From positions 1 to 48,318 of the forward strand of contig QPMI01000573.1 in NCBI GenBank assembly GCA_004431415.1: a stretch of 48,318 bases of DNA, written 5' to 3'. The notes beneath the pieces are model-generated. The model was not told where the DNA came from and did no database searches. It saw nothing but the letters and a program-made list of their open reading frames with translations. Shown piece after piece: positions 12,140 through 23,400 of the stretch. The stretch comes from Cyanophora paradoxa CCMP329 (taxonomy: Eukaryota > Plantae > Glaucophyta). Made by a program: the position numbers and the translations under genes. The number at the start of each line of letters is the position of its first letter. Position 1 is the first letter of the stretch.

Positions 12140-12332
12140 ATACTGTGAATTTCTAATTTTTTAAAACCTTACTGTAAATGGTTTGTGTGACAGGTGTGAC
12201 AGGTATTTTAATTGACTGTGACGGGTGTGACAGGTGTGACAGGTGTTTTCAGGAGTCTGAGGATTTTTAAAAAGTTTAAAAAGTTTGAAAATAGGTGTCA
12301 CACCTGTCACACCCGTCACACCCAATTAACCA
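12140..12332. repeat. Third GTGAC iteron module, directly after the helicase gene; candidate origin
   Basis: Five GTGAC(A/G)GGT units, an AT-rich core TTTTAAAAAGTTTAAAAAGTTTGAAAATAGG, then three inverted TGTCACACC units. Confidence 0.8.
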
Positions 12333-12472
12333 CAGACTCCCCCCTGTGGGTCGATCACTTTTCCGAAGAATAATCGAAGGATATCAAAACGTATCGGAAA
12401 TCGGTGTGTTGTGACAAAAATTGACTGGCGATTTAAGGGATCGTTGCGTGTTTCACTTGACTAAGACAGAAA

Positions 12473-12664
12473 ATGGATTATTTCGATGAAATTCGGCGGC
12501 AGCTTGTCGAAAAGAATGATATTGCAGAGGTGGCGGATTATATTGCAAAGATCAAAGCAATTAACGGTAGACCCTATCAAAAGAAGCGTGTTTATGCAAG
12601 CAGACTCGACACAGTAAATGTATATGTCCCCAAAGGCACGAATGTGCGAATTATCAGAACCTGA
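12473..12664 (+). CDS. Hypothetical 63-aa protein
   Basis: Clean ORF preceded by AAAATTGA at 12417-12424. Confidence 0.55.
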   Translation: MDYFDEIRRQLVEKNDIAEVADYIAKIKAINGRPYQKKRVYASRLDTVNVYVPKGTNVRIIRT

Positions 12665-12720
12665 AAAATGGGAAATGCGTTTAAAATGCCCAAAAATAAT
12701 ATGTTCCCTTAAAGTAAAAG

Positions 12721-15700
12721 ATGCCCCGCCAATCCAATAGAATCATCAAAGAGAAGAAAAACGAAATACTCGGTCTTTTAGGAACCCTTTTAGTTACTGG
12801 TGATATTACAGAATTCGAATATGATCGCCAGGCAGCAATCTTGGATAGGAGACCAAGGTTATCTCAACTCACAGAAATTACAAATCGCCTCTATGATCGT
12901 TTTGAGAAAATGGAGGAATTCAGGGATGAAGGTTTAAGGTTGGGAACAATTGAACCCGAGATTGAGGATGGGGAAGCAATGAACAAAGCATATTCTTGGT
13001 TAACCTATCGAGCAAGAGGGGAGGTTATCCAAGATGGGATTGAATTCTTGGAGAGAATTGCACCCACTCTACCTCAGAGACTCAGACAGAAACTCCAAGA
13101 CCTGAGAGCAATTAAGACTCGGTTGACCTTCATTTGTAAATTCACCAAAGTGAGTGATCCAAGGGTGTGGATCACCAAATTCATTTACAGTGATTACTTT
13201 GTCATCACAAGATCACGAAATATTGATGTTGAACTGCGAAATGCCCTTCAATCCATGCAGGAGCAGATGATGCAAGTTGACAGTTACAGACTGGATCGCA
13301 TTGAGATGCTCAGAGTAGTAATAATGTCCTATGCTCCTGTGGGTGGTTGCTTCTTCTCAACACCTGAGTGGATTGGATTAAAGAGAGCAACTGTGAATGT
13401 GAAGAATATTGATGGTCAAGACTGCTTCAAGTATGCAATCTTGGCTTACCTGCACCGAAATGATATTAATAAACACAAGAGCAATGAACCCAGCCAGTAT
13501 AGAAGATGGTTGAACGAACTCAATTTCGAGGGCATCCAATTTCCAGTTGCCTGTGATGCAGAGGTGATTGATCGATTTGAGGAGCAGAACCCTGAACTGA
13601 GTATCAACATTTATGGGGCAGATAATACTGCACAGTGTTTCTATCCTCTCCACCAATCCAGCAACCCCAGGAGAAAGACCAAGATTAACCTTTTATTAAT
13701 CGAAAACGAAGAGGATGATAGAGGGCATTATATCACCATCATGTCTCTGAGTAGACTTCTGAAAACCACCTTTGATAAAGCCCATGATGGTCGCATTTAT
13801 TACTGTGAGACCTGTCTGTCTCGTTTCAGAACTCAGGAGAAGCTGGATGTACATATAGAAGCGAATCGCTGCATTGATTGGAGGGAGAGCAAAGGTAAAT
13901 GCCCGAAATCTGGAAGTCACATTGCATTTGGTCTGCAACACCTTCGCAAAACTGTGTGGCTTCCCGCTATCTGCTATGTGAAAATGGATAGTCACTCGGT
14001 TCCAATTGATGAGAACCGCAGTAAGAGAGAGGTAAAATCGGTTTCTCTAACAGTTGTGATGGGGGATGAGGTGATCTCTCATTATTTTGATGGATCAGAT
14101 CCCCTTGGTGCTCTGTTTACCACTCTCACAGAGATCAGACCCCAAGTAATTCGCACTCTATTCACCAATATTCCCATGCATCCACTCACAGAGGAGCAGA
14201 AAGCACAATACAAGATCACTAAACACTGTTATATCTGTGCTGAACGATTTACCCATGAGAATTTCCCAGTGAGAGACCATTGTCATCAATCAGGAGCTTT
14301 TATTGGAAAAGCATGCCGAAACTGCAACCTCCACAGGAGAATCTCAAAGCAAACGAAAGTAGCAATTGTGGTGGATCACATGGATGAATGTGGACACGAA
14401 ATATTCCGCAAAATTGCACAGCAAGATGATAAACTTCGTGTTGAGATCCTGAGCAAGAATTTCGATCAATACCTCTCTCTGCAATGGGGCATGTGGAAAT
14501 TCATAGATGCTTCGCACTTCATGGACTTCCAGGCAGTGGATGCAAGTGATCTAATGGGTAAATTCCAGAAATTCCGAGAATTGGCGTTTTCCCAATATGG
14601 ATTAGATCCTGCCCATTATGTTTCGGCTCCTGGATTGTCCTGGGATGCAATGCTAATTTACACCAGAGCAAAGATCGAGCAGATCAGTGATGTAGGGCAA
14701 TACGAATTTATTGAGAGGGCAATTCGAGGTGGGTTTGCTACAATGCCTACTCGATATGCAAAGGTGGAAAACCCAGATGACCATATAGTTCTCTTGGATG
14801 CAAATAATCTGTATGGTTATGCTCTCATTCAAGAACTGCCCATTGGAGATTTTCGTTGGGAAGATGTCACAGAGGCACTTAAAGAGACCCAAGGACGAAG
14901 TGCCTTTATTGAAGTTGACCTGGAATACCCACAAACTCTCACAGATCATTACGATTTTCCACTTGTAGTTAATAAAGAACATGTCACCACCGAAATGCTG
15001 GGTGGGTATCAACAAAAACTACTGGATATCACAGGTGAGAAGATAAGCAAAGACCCCAAACTCACAGCAACATTCTCGCCCAAAAACAACTATGTGATTT
15101 CCCAACCTCTCTTGATCTATCTTGTGAGCAAAGGTATTATAATCACGAAGGTTCACAGGGTTCTCTCATTTGCAACCTCTGCATTTATGAAGAGTTATAT
15201 TGATCTAAATACGAAACTGAGGCGCCAATCTATGTCCAGATTCGAGAGTGACTTCTTTAAATTAATGAACAATGCAATCTATGGTAAATGCCTCGAATCA
15301 TGCAGGGGTCGCTCTGTGGTTAAGATTGCTAACAGTGAGAAACTCTGCAAGAAATATGCTGCAAGTCCACTCATCAAGGCAACCAATGTATTAAACGAAA
15401 AAGCTGTTGCCTTTGAGATGTACTCAAAGCATGTTCACTTAGATAAACCTGTTGCAATTGGTGCTTTTGTGCTGGATTTCGCGAAACTCCATAATAGCAG
15501 GTTCTTTTATGATGTGGTGAGGAGAACTTGGGAAACAGCAGAGCTACTATTCCATGATACAGATTCTTTCTGTCTACTGCTGCATACAAATGATCTAAAT
15601 AATGAGATGAAGCGAATTTCTGAACACCTGGATTGCAGTAATTATGATACTGCCCACCCTCTCTATGATAGGAGAAATCGCTTGATTCCAGGTAAATATA

Positions 15701-16002
15701 AAAACGAGTTTCCCAATGCAAAGATTGTGGAGTATGTAGGTCTGAGATCGAAACTCTATGCTTTCAGAACTGAGACCTTTGATAAAATAAAAATGTCTGG
15801 GACTTCCTCCAAAGAGGTTCACTTTGATGATTTCAAAAGATGCTTGTTTGAAGGAATCACCAAAACAGTAGCAGTAGTAAACAAGCGAAGACAAGACCAC
15901 AACCTATATGATTTGGAGAGCAGAAGGGTGGCTCTAAACCAACTCGATAGCAAAAGGAAGATATTAGACGATGGAATTCACAGCATTCCATTTGGGCTCT
16001 AA
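12721..16002 (+). CDS. polB: Protein-primed family B DNA polymerase (Polinton/Maverick type)
   Basis: Motif A LLDANNLYG, motif B FKLMNNAIYGK and motif C FHDTDS; GLDPAHYVSAPGLSWDAML; EndoVII-like insert CYIC...RDHCH..G...ACRNCN; OTU-like DCF...GHY; a C2H2-like finger. Confidence 0.97.
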   Translation: MPRQSNRIIKEKKNEILGLLGTLLVTGDITEFEYDRQAAILDRRPRLSQLTEITNRLYDRFEKMEEFRDEGLRLGTIEPEIEDGEAMNKAYSWLTYRARGEVIQDGIEFLERIAPTLPQRLRQKLQDLRAIKTRLTFICKFTKVSDPRVWITKFIYSDYFVITRSRNIDVELRNALQSMQEQMMQVDSYRLDRIEMLRVVIMSYAPVGGCFFSTPEWIGLKRATVNVKNIDGQDCFKYAILAYLHRNDINKHKSNEPSQYRRWLNELNFEGIQFPVACDAEVIDRFEEQNPELSINIYGADNTAQCFYPLHQSSNPRRKTKINLLLIENEEDDRGHYITIMSLSRLLKTTFDKAHDGRIYYCETCLSRFRTQEKLDVHIEANRCIDWRESKGKCPKSGSHIAFGLQHLRKTVWLPAICYVKMDSHSVPIDENRSKREVKSVSLTVVMGDEVISHYFDGSDPLGALFTTLTEIRPQVIRTLFTNIPMHPLTEEQKAQYKITKHCYICAERFTHENFPVRDHCHQSGAFIGKACRNCNLHRRISKQTKVAIVVDHMDECGHEIFRKIAQQDDKLRVEILSKNFDQYLSLQWGMWKFIDASHFMDFQAVDASDLMGKFQKFRELAFSQYGLDPAHYVSAPGLSWDAMLIYTRAKIEQISDVGQYEFIERAIRGGFATMPTRYAKVENPDDHIVLLDANNLYGYALIQELPIGDFRWEDVTEALKETQGRSAFIEVDLEYPQTLTDHYDFPLVVNKEHVTTEMLGGYQQKLLDITGEKISKDPKLTATFSPKNNYVISQPLLIYLVSKGIIITKVHRVLSFATSAFMKSYIDLNTKLRRQSMSRFESDFFKLMNNAIYGKCLESCRGRSVVKIANSEKLCKKYAASPLIKATNVLNEKAVAFEMYSKHVHLDKPVAIGAFVLDFAKLHNSRFFYDVVRRTWETAELLFHDTDSFCLLLHTNDLNNEMKRISEHLDCSNYDTAHPLYDRRNRLIPGKYKNEFPNAKIVEYVGLRSKLYAFRTETFDKIKMSGTSSKEVHFDDFKRCLFEGITKTVAVVNKRRQDHNLYDLESRRVALNQLDSKRKILDDGIHSIPFGL

Positions 16003-16185
16003 TCTACTTCATCAATCTTTCTTTTTCTTTGGTTTCGCTCTCCAAGAAGTAACAAACCGCGAATTAAATGCAGCAGCCATATACATCTTAATCCTGGATC
16101 ATTGGGCTCAATTGCAAAGTAGTTGGGAATTGTGTTCTCCTTCCACACAGAGTCTTGCATTTATTATATGAGAGATAAGGTAAAG

Positions 16186-17234
16186 ATGCCTTCTACACAA
16201 ATAGGATTGAGACAACCACCCAGAATTGTTAGAAAAGAAGCAATTGAAGATCGAGGGAATATTCTGCCCATCACAGTTCCAGTGGAGGAGAAGAGCAGTC
16301 GAATATTAAAAAGATCAGAGATGGTCAAGCAATTAATTCCAGAGACCCTCCCAGCTGAGACAGCACCAAAAGAGTCGAAGATTGCTAAGAAGTTCTATGA
16401 TCCCAGAACAGGTTACAAGGGATTTACTGCAATGAGACAGGAACTACCAGAGGAGAACTACAAGAAAATGAGAGAATGGTATGATAAGCAGGAGGTTGTC
16501 CAAATTAATGCACCTACCCTATCTCGAAAGAGAGATCCCATGATTCCAATTAGGCAACCCCTTGATACATATGTGATTGATCTGCTCTTCTTTCCTGCAT
16601 ACAAAAAGCAGAATGATGGTTATGATACATTTATGAGTGCAATGGAATCAACCCTAAGAACTGGGTTCATCATTCCAATGAGAGACAAGAGTGCTCTTAC
16701 TACACTTGCAGCATTCAAGCAACTTGAACAGAGAGTCCCCAGACCAATTGTTCGCATTCAGAGTGATAGTGGAAGCGAATTTACCAATGTCTTATTCACA
16801 GATTATCTGGGAACCAAATTCATTGAGCATCAACTAAGTGATGTTGCAGATCACAGAACCCAAGGTCGGATTGAAGCCTTTAACAGACAGATCAAGAGAT
16901 TAATCACAAACTACTGCATTGCAAATAATACTGCACGATTTTTGATGTGTTGGGTGATATTGAGTATAATTATAATAATACCATTCACTCTGCAACCAAG
17001 AGAAAACCAGCAGAGACCACAGAAGCCCACTACAAAGAGATTGTGAATATGGAGGATCAGAGATTCAAGAAATCGATTGAGTATCTTGATGCTCTGAAAC
17101 CTGGAATGTTTGTGAGAGTGAAAGTTGAAAAGAACCCATTTGCAAAGCAGGGAGTTAATTGGTCTCGAATTGTTTATAGTGTGGAGGGCAGAGAGGGCTT
17201 CAAGTTCAGAATCAGAAGTCCAGTGGTGAGATAG
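16186..17234 (+). CDS. int: Retroviral-like (rve) DDE integrase; frameshift at about 16940; C-terminus may extend to about 17420-17570
   Basis: FYDPRTGYKG, YVIDLL (D), IQSDSGSEF (D), GRIEAFNRQIK (E), YNNTIHSATKRKP and LKPGMFVRV...NWS, as in Polinton integrases. Confidence 0.93.
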
Positions 17235-17603
17235 TTGATGGTAGATTCGCTTTTCATGAACTGCTGCCATTAAAGCGTTGAGTATCATGAAACTCCACAG
17301 TGGATGCTCTTGAACAGGCAAAGGAGGAAGCCAGGGTTGATTCAGCAATCAGAAAGGAGGGCATAGAAAAGCAAGTGAGTACCAAAGAACCCTTACAGAA
17401 GCAGAGCACAAGAAGGTAGAGTAGAGAAAGAATTAAGAAGTTGACCATAGCAGAACCAGAATTATCAGAAGTTAACAGTCAGAGATGTATAATGACTTTT
17501 CAACCACCAGGAAACATACTGCACCCAACTCGATTCAATCTACGAAGTGGCAGAGGAAATAGATTAAACGCTTTCGAATCTCTTAGACCTCTGGCGATTT
17601 TTC

Positions 17604-17801
17604 TCATTTGTCTATCTTTTTCAAGAATTTCCAAGAAGAAAGTTTCAAGTTTGAAACCAGTTGGTAATTATAAACAAAGAACAGTCTCACATGCTCTGGC
17701 TGTGACATGAAGAAATTGTAATAGAAAGCAGTTTTGAAATCATGGATCCAGTCTGATTGGGCAGCATGGATGATAGCAGGGTCTTGGTAGATGGGATCCA
17801 T
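17604..17801 (-). CDS. Hypothetical small protein
   Basis: MDPIYQDPAII... with AAAATTGAC on the minus strand at 17833-17841. Confidence 0.45.
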   Translation of the reverse strand: MDPIYQDPAIIHAAQSDWIHDFKTAFYYNFFMSQPEHVRLFFVYNYQLVSNLKLSSWKFLKKIDK

Positions 17802-17966
17802 AGCAGAAGTTGAGAGAATCCAGGAAGTCCTTGTCAATTTTTTATTTTGTTAGTGCCCGATCTCGACGAAACCTGATAGCCGCTGGCGAGAGGATTCCGA
17901 ATCTGCTTTCAGAATTGAAAACGGAGCAGTTGGTAATAAAATACATATGTATGACCGAGATTGATG

Positions 17967-18076
17967 GAGTTTCAGTGAAGTTTCGGTGAAGTTTCGGTGC
18001 GAAGTTTCGGTGAAGTTTCGTAGCGAAGTTTCTATGAAGTTTCGGTGAAGTTTCGGTGAAGTTTCGGTGAAGTTTT
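17967..18076 (+). repeat. 11-bp tandem repeat (AAGTTTCGGTG, about 10 copies)
   Basis: Directly visible array with a few 13-bp variants. Confidence 0.9.
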
Positions 18077-18219
18077 GAGTGACGTCATGAGTGTCGTTCG
18101 GTTCGCGAACAATTAAGTGGACATGGCGGCGTCCGTCGTTTTTTGAAAAGGTGTCTCGAAAATCGTGCCCGTCACTTTCGTGAACCGGTGTCTCGAAAAT
18201 ATCTTATCCTGATGAAAAA

Positions 18220-18460
18220 ATGTTGCGCGTCATCGCAACCATCATCGCACATGGTTGCATCATCGCACCTATCGCAACCATGTTGCATCATCGCAACCAG
18301 GTCGCGCAACACTCAATCGGAAAAAATTGGTTGCGCATCATCTCAATAGTAAAAAATGGTTGCGCGCAACCAGCGCAACCATGGTTGCATCATCGCAACC
18401 ATCATCGCAACCATGGTTGCATCATCGCAACCAGGTCGCGCAACCACTATGACGTCATGA
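18220..18460. repeat. ATCGCAACC / GGTTGC short-repeat cluster in both orientations
   Basis: More than ten GCAACC units mixed with inverted GGTTGC units. TGACGTCATGA occurs at 18080 and 18450. Confidence 0.85.
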
Positions 18461-18898
18461 CATCACATGTTCATGATATATATACACCATACATTCGTGT
18501 GACCCTGAGCCCAGAGTCGCCGACGATCGCGACCAATCCGCTATTTTGTGGTCAAAATGTATATTTGCGCATATATACTTGACGGTTCGCGTTACTACTG
18601 TCGGCATCGCGTAACGTTCCCACTGTGGGGCTTTCGGCATCTTCAAACGCTTGTATCTCACCACCAGATCATCAGATCGTGACCGTCAACATAGCGCTGG
18701 AAAGCGCTTGCAAAGACCTACACGATGGTGTAGGTATCAAGTACATATACGTATATATTACATACAAATATTTCGAAAAAACGATTAATCGGCTACTTTC
18801 TACTGTAAGGAACATACAGTAAAATAATGCGAAAATACAGTAGCTACTGTAAAAAATCGCCATAATCTGGTGCACCATACATCAGAAGTCCTGATGTA

Positions 18899-20440
18899 TC
18901 ATACACTTCGAATAAATGCACCTGTGACATCCACTCTCATAGTTGGGGCATTTATATATACAATTGGATAAATACGAATAAACCTTGTCCTCAGAGGGTA
19001 GCCAATATAGAAAACGTCTTTAATAGAGGTGGGATACCCAGAACTGTATGAGACATCACCACTGTTATGGGCATTATTAATTGTTTCACACATGAACACT
19101 CTATTCACACCTTCATACTTGATAAATGACCAGGAAACACCATCTTGTGAGGTTGCAACATTGAAGGTCTTAACAAAGGCATTGGTCACACCAGACCCAT
19201 ATGCAATTATAGATGCTACCTCATATATATATGGGAAGGATACTTGGAGATACTCAGTGGGAACACTCCATATCCCATCAGGAGCAGATGCATTTGCCTC
19301 CCAACCTGTTAAAGAAGGTCTTGCTTTAAATGCCTCCCTTCCAATTTTTGATGATGAAGCAGTGAAAGCACCATCTGATAGAAGATACCAGTTAGCATCA
19401 ATGGGAGGTATGTTATTCAGAGTTGATGATATATAGAACCTTGCAGGGTTCTTGATTTCATAATTTGCAACCAGTAAATCACAGAGTCTATCAATCATTA
19501 CAGTGTTTGCTGCTATATATATTTCGGTTGCATCTATCATATCTGGGATCTTAGAGGTATCATCCAGAGAGTTTACTATGGTCTTTGGAAGTGGAACAGA
19601 GAGTCTATAATATCTTGCATATCCCTGATCATCATTATATGGGAGAAACTCTTGCATCTTTTCCAGTGCTGAGAGTTCACTTGCAGCCATCAACATATTA
19701 ATTAATGGACTTCCAGAGGTCGAAGCAATCCAAGAGAGGATACCCCAGCTGTTCACATCTTCATAGGAATATCCCACATTGGGGGCATCTGTTTCATTAA
19801 CCTCACCACAGGATATACTGATCACAATTATATCATCATCATCATCATAGATCTTCTTAGCATGGCTGTAACCACATACACTGGGATTGTTATTACCTGA
19901 GATTGCACCATCAATTAGAGACATCCCATCATAGTTCACAGGTGAGAAGTAAGTAGGTGCAGCAGAGGTGGATCTTGCAGCAATCTTGCTGGGGATGGAT
20001 TTGTAAGAATTATCATTGGTAATAAAGATGGGCTTCATACTCACAGTATCAAAACTTGTGATCACCACATCTTTTAGAGAGTCTTGAATGAGAGACTCAC
20101 CAGTAACAGTGAGAATGGCTGTCTCCAATGGGGTCACATCATACTTGGTGTTGAAAAGTGCATTATCAATAATATTTCTGGGATTTGCAAAGATTAAAGG
20201 CAGTTGGTTGAGATAAGTGGAATGCAAATCGGTTGCAGTGAGTTTAGGTTCGTTTGGAAATTCGGGATTTTTCACATTGAGACCGATTGCAATTATCCCA
20301 CCAGTGGATGTTCCACTCACCAGGTCAACAAGGTCTATTACTCTTTTTCCTGTTCGAGTTTCGATTTCTTTTAGCAATCTCGTAATAATTATACCACGAG
20401 CTCCCCCACCTGATAATGAGAGAATTACACGAAGGGGCAT
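18899..20440 (-). CDS. Patatin-like phospholipase fused to a C-terminal F5/8 type C (discoidin) domain
   Basis: LSGGGARG, GTSTG (catalytic Ser), STSAAPTYF and LIDGA. The C-terminal EYLQVSF...FVKTFNVATSQDGVSW...TRFIRIYP...MRVDVTG is discoidin-like. Confidence 0.93.
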   Translation of the reverse strand: MPLRVILSLSGGGARGIIITRLLKEIETRTGKRVIDLVDLVSGTSTGGIIAIGLNVKNPEFPNEPKLTATDLHSTYLNQLPLIFANPRNIIDNALFNTKYDVTPLETAILTVTGESLIQDSLKDVVITSFDTVSMKPIFITNDNSYKSIPSKIAARSTSAAPTYFSPVNYDGMSLIDGAISGNNNPSVCGYSHAKKIYDDDDDIIVISISCGEVNETDAPNVGYSYEDVNSWGILSWIASTSGSPLINMLMAASELSALEKMQEFLPYNDDQGYARYYRLSVPLPKTIVNSLDDTSKIPDMIDATEIYIAANTVMIDRLCDLLVANYEIKNPARFYISSTLNNIPPIDANWYLLSDGAFTASSSKIGREAFKARPSLTGWEANASAPDGIWSVPTEYLQVSFPYIYEVASIIAYGSGVTNAFVKTFNVATSQDGVSWSFIKYEGVNRVFMCETINNAHNSGDVSYSSGYPTSIKDVFYIGYPLRTRFIRIYPIVYINAPTMRVDVTGAFIRSV

Positions 20441-20489
20441 CTTTACTTAACTCAAATTTAATAAATCTCTATAAGTAGAGTAAATTGGG

Positions 20490-23400
20490 ATGAGTTTCAA
20501 TTATCCAGCAAACCTGCAAACCATTCCTTCATCAGGAAGAGGGAAGGCAGATAACAAACATGTAAATTTCGATAACTTGACAGCCAGAGGGTCAATCTCA
20601 ATCGACCATAGTGCAGATGAACCCTCAAAGACTCACCCAAGAATGCATGCACTTTCAATAAACGAAATGGATCCTGAAAAAGAGGATGTGAGTGTTGCTT
20701 TCAGCATGGGGAATGTGAAATCGAATCAGGTAGCCCAGATTAAAGCAACCAGGAGCAGACCAAGAAAACTGAAAACCAGTGGAACCCATCCAGATATTCC
20801 AACTCGATTCGATAGTGGAAGGTTAATATTCAATGTTCAAAACGAGAAGGGTGGGCATCAGAGTGGTTTGAGAATCTACAATGAAGGATCAAATGCAATT
20901 GCACAAATTCCCGAAATATTACAGATAGCACCCCATGCAGAAACCAACAAAATCGAGTTCACTAACAATGTTTATCCACGAGATATTGTGGCGAATTCGG
21001 CTTCTAATGCGCAATTCGGTTTCCAACTACCTGGTGATACAGCAAAGAATAAGGCGTCTATCACTGTCAACAGTAGCCCCACTCAACCAGTAACAATTCA
21101 TTTACACCCAGACCTTGTCGAAATGGACAGGCACCTTTTACCATTGGTAACCAACACCAAAGATCTTGGTATCAGAACCAGGCAATGGCGAAATATCCAT
21201 GGAAGCAATGTGTATGCAAATGGTGAGAAACTTGTAAGTGAGAAGACCATCAGAGAGATCTTTGAGTATTATGGACCTGTCCCAGTTCCCTTCCCTCTTC
21301 CATGGGATCCACCAGATTTAACACCAAAAAAGCAACCAGGAAGAGAATACACAGCAGATGAGACAGTTCCCTTTGGGCAACACATTGTGAGTTGGGAGCA
21401 AGTTCGAAATAAACCGATAATTGAACCAAGAAAGCAAATAGATGAGCAATATTTACCTCCTGAAATCGATATTTTGGGGCTTGATGAATACCAATTCGTC
21501 CCAGATGAGGAAGAATATTTACCAGATGGTTTCGACCCACAAGAGTATGAATATGATCAGTATGACCCCAATGAGGAAGAGTATCTACCAGATGGTTTAG
21601 ATCCACAAGAGTATGAGTATGAACAGAATTATGAACCCCATGAGGAATATTTAGCAGATGGTCTCCAACCACCAGTTGTTGATTATGAGCAACCATATGA
21701 ACCCCATGAAGAATTATTACCAGATGGATTTCGCCCAGAGATTTGGGAATTCTTCCCAGATTGGGAGCAGATCAACAATAAACCAGCCAGATTTCCACCA
21801 GAGGATCACAACCATGACTGGGATGAGATATTAGGTAAACCAGACAAATTCCCACCAGAGGATCACAGGCATGACTGGGGTGATATTGATGGAAAACCAG
21901 AAGAGTTTCCACCAGAAGATCACAGACATAAATGGAGCGAAATAGATGAACAACCAAAATTCGCATCAGCAGGTGATGATTTCGACACCTTACATGGTGT
22001 TACTCTCTACCAAAGTAATATCATACCAGAGAGATTAAGATTAGATGAATATTACCTGAATCTCAAAGGAATAGATGCAGGAACCAAAATGCAGGGTGAA
22101 TTATACATCAGACCCCTACAAGGATGCAGATAATTGCAGCAGGCGGAAATTTCGGTTTGATGGACACCAAACCAGGTATCTATTTAACCAGTTACTATGC
22201 AGATGACATCCCAATGACAGGAGGATTGATCTCTCTACCATCTGATCCAGCAAACTATGATGACAAAGATGCAGCAATCCAAATTAATGTAACTGATGTG
22301 AGTGATTTAGATAGTTCAAGACCCAAATTAATATTCACCAGAGAAAGATTGTTACCCAATGCTCTCATTGGAAATCGAGATGACTACAAGAGATGCGAAA
22401 TCTCATGGATAAAAACGAATTATAATGGTGGAGTGGGTGAGGGTCTCTTAGAAATCAATCAGAGGGCAGCAGCAAAGAATATTCACAATGAGACCATATC
22501 CAGAGTGGTAACAGAGGATTACCTGCAAGCCCAGAACTACATAGATGAAACAGAACTGAATACAATTATTGCAGGTATTAATATTGGTGTGACAGGGGAT
22601 TACCTTCCTCTCACAGGAGGGATTATTGATGGAACAGTAACAGCATGCAACTTCTTTGTCCATACTGAAAGCAATCAAACCTTTCCTGTGGTTCACCCAG
22701 GAGGTGAATATGAGATCCCAGATGATCCAGCTATTATGCCCATTAAGATTGATCTCCCTTCTGATTATGTGGGAAGGGGTGAACTGAAAATAATCGCTTT
22801 TACAGGAGACTATAATGATCTCCTAAACAAACCAACAGCTGCAAATCTACACCCTGTTGCATTTTCTGGAAGCTTCCTTGATCTTAATAATAGAGCACAC
22901 ACCCACACAAGAGCAGAGATCACAGATTTCAATACTCACACTCACACAAAATCCCAGATAACAGATTTTGCACACACCCACACCAGAGCAGATATCACGA
23001 ATTTTGCTCACACCCATTTTAAATCTGAGATCTCAGATTTTGCTCACACTCACACAAAGTCACAGATTACAGATTTTGCACACACTCATGTCAAGAGTGA
23101 GATAACAGATTTTGCACACACTCATGTCAAGAGTGAGATTACAGATTTTGCTCACACTCACACCAAAGGTGAAATTACAGACTTTGCTCATACTCATACA
23201 AAATCCCAAATTACAGATTTCGCACACACCCACCTTTGGGGAGATATTACAGATCGACCTACTCTGGATCCATTCACAGCTACCACTATAAGAGCCAACA
23301 ACACAATGTATGTAGGATCAGGTCAGATTGTAGAACCAGCAGGACCTATGTTTGAAGAAACATGGTTCTTCCACAATTCGCAGAATTACTTTGATAAAAC

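Noticed and set aside
18143-18664. ORFs over the GCAACC repeat cluster
   Set aside because: Low-complexity translations of non-coding repeats.
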